Origin: Catajapyx aquilonaris | Lineage: Eukaryota | Reading direction: 5' to 3' | Assembly: GCA_000934665.2 (NCBI GenBank) | Contig: JYFJ02002740.1 | Span: 1 to 51,916, forward strand | Length of the DNA stretch: 51,916 nt | The notes under the pieces: generated by a model | The model's input: only the letters and a program-made list of their open reading frames with translations | What the model was told of the DNA's origin: nothing | The model's database searches: none | Made by a program: the position numbers and the translations under genes | Shown here: positions 47,330-51,916 of the stretch, one piece after another | How positions within the stretch are numbered: the first letter of the stretch is position 1 | How the letters are laid out: each line of letters begins with the position of its first letter

Positions 47330-50300
47330 TTCGACGGTTCGCGCCTGTGGACTGGGTGTGGTCCTGGACGGTCGGTGGGTGTGTACAGCTGGTGGCGGCT
47401 GCGGTGGTACGGAGCAGCGTGTTTTTGGGCCGCGGTGCCGCGGGCTGTTTTTGGTGTTGCCCCATCTGACTGTGTACGTGTTGGATGCGGGGGTGCGATT
47501 GGTGTTGGTGACCGTGTGCGGCTGGTGCGCTTTTTTGGGATTGCCGGTGTTTGGAGCTGCCCGGTGGGCGTGTGAGGAAGGCTCCTGTGGTGTGGCCGGT
47601 GCCCTGGGTTACGTCGTTGGGAGGTGCTCGACGAGGAACTGAGTACGTGCCTGTGTATACGACGGTGGGGGCGGCTGTACGGCTCTTTATTCGGACGTGA
47701 CGATGTCGACACAAAGTTTGGAAAGTCTGATGGGCCAGTTTATCCAGCAGCAGCAATTGTTCAACGCCCAGCTGGCGAATGCTACGACTGCGGCGGCGGA
47801 AGCGGCTGTTGCGGCTGTCAACGCGTCAACGGCGGCACAACAAAACATTGCCAGACCCGCAAGTGATCATCCTGCCATGACGCCGCCATGGCCGACATTT
47901 GACGGACGACCTTCATCGTCGATTCGTTTGTGGTTGCATCAGTTCGACGCAGCATGTGTATTACGAAGCATCTCAGACGGGCACAAACTGCAGTACATAC
48001 CTGTGCTAATGAAGGATGGTGCGGCCTTGTGGTTAATGAACCGAGTCACGTCTGTGGGGCATTTCACGACTGGGGCAATTTTGTGTCAGAGGTAAAACGT
48101 ACGTTTGAAAGACCGAATGCACAGCAAGCATTGAGGGTTGAGTTGGCAAACTTGCGACAGGGACAGTCATTGTATGATCATGTTACCCGATTTAACGAAT
48201 TATGTCAGGTGGAAAGCATGGAAGAGTTAGACAAGGTATATTATTTTTGCATGGGTCTAAAACCAAGGGTGAAAATGGAGGTACAATATCGTGCTCCAAG
48301 TACTTTGTCAGAGGCTATGGCTATAGCCACGAAATATGAGTCAGCTTGGACCAATAGTGGTTTCCAACAGGGAAAGCATAGAAAGGGACACATGTATACG
48401 AAAAATTGGGTGCCAAAAGGGGGCGTGATCCAGGAACAGGTACCTATGGATTTATCTTCTGCTTCCGGGCCATCTATGGGAGGTTCGAGAAATCCGCACA
48501 TTAAGTGTTATAGGTGTGGTAAATTGGGCCATATAGCTAAATTCTGCAAACACATGAAGGGTGACAAAATGAAGCAGGCGAATAATTCCTTGATGACCAT
48601 GTCGACAGAAGACAAGACAGAAAAACAGGCAGATAAAGTAATGGTAGCAGGTGTATCGTCTACTGATTATGGTTCAGGTACTTTATTGTTAGATGGGAGA
48701 CTGGAAGGTCAACCGGTCATATGCATGGTGGATAGTGGGGCCTCGAGGAATTTTGTCAGTGAGAGCTTGGTACACAAACATCACATAAAGGTGATTGAGT
48801 TGGCTGATTCGTCCGAACGTTTGGTCCGCATGGCAGATGGAACCCTCAGGTATAGTCGGGCTCATTTGGAGTCCGATAACTTTCAACTAAATGAGTGGCA
48901 AGGTGAGTTGAGCGCCGAGGTAATTGCTATGGACAGCTATGATGTCATAATGGGTATGCCTTGGTTGGAAGAACGGAATCCTGCTGTTGATTGGAAGACA
49001 AAAGGGCTGCAATTCCAGATACGAGATCGTGTATATGTGATGGATAATCATGAGCAAAAGAGGACACAGGTCGAATGTATGTTGTTGAATAGGGCAGAAT
49101 TTCTGGCTGATGGGAACTTGGATCCGGATGAGTTATTTGTCGTCATAGGCAAACAAGTAAAGCAGGAGGATAATCACTCCTTTGCGTCAGATTCCATCCA
49201 GGTCAAAGCGTTGTTGCATGAGTTCTCGGACGTACTGCCAAAAGAGTTGCCTTCGGGATTACCTTCTTCCAGAGGTATCGAACATCGGATAGATCTTATA
49301 CCAGGGGCGAAACCAAAAAAAAGGACCTATTTATCGCATGTCGGAAGAGGAGTCATATGAGTTGAAGAAACAGTTGAACCATCTCTTGGATAAAGGTTTC
49401 ATTAGACCAGTACAGTCGGAATATGGGTCGCCCATATTGTTTGTCAGGAAGAAAAATAATGAGTTGCGTTTGTGTGCAGATTATCGGGCCATCAACGCAT
49501 TAACGGTCAAAGAAAATTATCATTTACCGTTAATCGATCAGCTGTTAGATCGACTACATGGTGCTGCTGTGTTTTCAAAAGTGGATTTGAGATCAGGGTA
49601 CCATTTGATTAAGATGCGGGATACTGACACCAAGTATACCACAATCAATACGAGGTATGGTTCATTTGAGTATTTAGTGATGAACTTTGGGTTAGTGAAT
49701 GCCAGTCACACTTTCATGGCTATGATGAATCAGGTTTTCATGCCATTTCTGGACGACTGTGTTAACGTATCTTGATGATGTGCTTATTTACAGCCGGAAT
49801 GAGAGGGATCATTTAGCTCATTTACGGTTGGTGTTGCAGAAATTGAGGGAAAACAAATTGTATGCCAGAGAAGATAAATGCAACTTCATGTGTAAGCAAG
49901 TTGACTAATTTTTGGGATTCGTAGTTTCGCAGGAAGGTGTACAACCTAAGCATGACAAGGTGCAGGCGGTAGTAAAGTGGCCTGTCCCTCAAAATGTAAG
50001 GGAAATCCGACAATTCATGGGGCTGGTGAATTTTTACCGGCGTTTCATACCACGTTTGGCGGAACTAGCGTCGCCCATTACGGATCTATTGCGCAAAGAG
50101 GTGCTATTTGTATGGGGGGCAGCGCAGCAATCGGCCTTTGAGAGATTGAAGGAGGCGCTTACTTCCGTACCCGTGTTAGCGGTGTTCCAACCGGGTCTGC
50201 GTACGGTGGTCAATGTCGATGCGAGCAGCAGGGCTATTGGAGCGGTGTTGGCACAGGTACACGAGGACGGCAGTGAGAAGCCGGTTGCATATGAGTCGCG

Positions 50301-51916
50301 TAAGCTGACTGAGGTAGAACAAAAATGGTCCACCTATGAACAGGAATTACTGGGAGTAGTTCATGCATTGCGAATTTGGCGTTGTTATTTGTTGGGTTGT
50401 GATTTTGTGTTGAGAACGGACAACAAGGCTGTTAGTTTTTTGTTGGGTCAGAAAGTCCTTACGTCCAAGCAGACTCGTTGGTTCACGTTTCTTCAAGATT
50501 ATGCCTTTTCGTTGGAACATGTCAAGGGCAAGATCAATTGTGTGGCCGACACATTATCTCGCCCACCACCGGAGTTAGCTGTTGTGTCCTCGGGAGTTAT
50601 CCGGGAGGATATGAGCGGTTTGCAGGAGGACTATAAGGCTGACAGTTATTTCGGACCTATCTATGATCAGTTGGACCAACCCGATTCTTTGTCATCGCAT
50701 TTGCAGTATCGGGCTAAATTGTTCGTGAGAAGAGGGGACAAGTTGTTTCTGGTGGCCGGTGGAGAAGACCGACTGGCCATTCCGGAAGGCGCGTTGCGTT
50801 TGAAATTGATCGAAGAAGCACATGATGGGAAGACGGCAGGTCATTTCGGGGTAGAGAAAAGTTATGGCTTGTTGTCCTTGATTTTCTTTTGGCCTAGAAT
50901 GTATAGGTAGGTGCAACGATATATATCCTCCTGTGATGCTTGTCAAAGGTCAAAGGTTGAATCTACTCAACCTGCAGGGCTCCTGCAACCTCTGGAAATT
51001 CCTGGCGGTCGTTGGGAAAGCGTATCGATGGCCATCATCACAGGTCTACCCGCGACAACAAAAGGGAATGATGCGATTGTAGTTTTTGTGGATAGATTTA
51101 GCAAGATGGCTCATTTTGCCGCTTGTAAGACTACGGTCACTGCTAAGAAGTTGGCTGATATTTTCTTTGATAAGGTTTTTTGTTATCATGGTTTATGTTT
51201 GACTTTGATTTCGGATAGAGATCCGAAGTTCTGTTCACAATTCTGGCATTGTTTCGGAGGATAGGGACTAAATTGTGTATGTCTACTGCACATCATGCAC
51301 AAACAGATGGGCAAACAGGAAGGTCAAACAGGGTGTTGGAGGATATGTTGCGTATATATTGCAGGGACGAACCGAACTGTTGGGATGAATCATTGGCGAC
51401 GGTTGAATTAGCATTTAACAATGCTAAATCAGCGTCAACGGGAATGTCTCCTTTTTTTTTTTTTGCTGTAATGGCACATCCCCCTATACGCCTGTGTCAT
51501 TATTACTTGGGGTACTTGCGGGAGGGAAAGACTGATCACGTACCCGCATTTATTGATCGTTTACGGAGTATCATGGACAGGGCGAAGGACGCACTGAGGC
51601 GAGCACAAGAAGTGCAGGTGAAATATTATGATAAGAAACACAGACATGTAACTTACAAAAAAGGGATGTATGTATTATTGAAGTCGGATGCTGTACGCCA
51701 ACATTGTGGTAATACGACAAAAAAACTGATACCCAAGTTTTTGGGGCCTTTCCTAATAGAGGATGTTCCCAGCAGGTTGACATGCAGGTTACGCTTGCCA
51801 AGGACTTTACGGATCCATCGCGTCCTTCACGTGGGTCAATTGCGGCGGTATGTGCCAAGGGATCCTGATAGACCCTCTAGCAGTGTTCGTCCTCCCCCAT
51901 TACATGTCGACAAGAA

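Larger units (their letters stand above)
47059..51916 (+). mobile_element. Degenerate Ty3/gypsy LTR retrotransposon (gag-PR-RT-RH-IN), truncated by window end
   Basis: Gag ATG at 47703, CYRCGKLGHIAKFC knuckle, VDSGA protease, YLDD RT near 49768, VDAS RNase H, HHCC/DDE integrase, GPF module near 51745; several frameshifts and stops. Confidence 0.97.

Noticed and set aside
47272..47866. Several overlapping ORFs between PBS and gag
   Set aside because: GT/GC-rich retrotransposon leader with few stop codons; no coding evidence.

Overview
Eukaryotic, probably arthropod, repeat-rich genomic DNA with spliceosomal introns; nothing prokaryotic. The one clearly conserved host gene is hexosaminidase D (HEXD/HEXDC, GH20) on the minus strand: 9 coding exons traced from 9552 down to 1848, including one probable GC-AG intron; the remaining 3' exon(s) were not found in the window. 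Three further minus-strand gene-like units: an RNF4/STUbL-like SIM+RING gene with a single in-frame TGA inside the RING (35435-32787), an acidic orphan gene with a single in-frame TGA and a 30-nt microexon (18558-17695), and an intact orphan exon of about 260 aa (45114-44301). The rest is nested mobile DNA: several tRNA-SINE families, mariner, Tc1, pogo, hAT, piggyBac, Sola, Chapaev, MULE and Harbinger-like remnants and MITEs, LINE 3' ends, and a degenerate Ty3/gypsy element with a tRNA-Met PBS running off the right edge. Most notable: (i) two independently inserted copies of one SINE family each carry a different piggyBac-type MITE at the same TTAA; (ii) about a fifth of the window lies within long fold-back palindromes; (iii) a diverged segmental duplication supplies empty-site controls for several insertions; (iv) non-TE gene fragments show local inverted duplication. 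All calls are by eye; no database searches were run.
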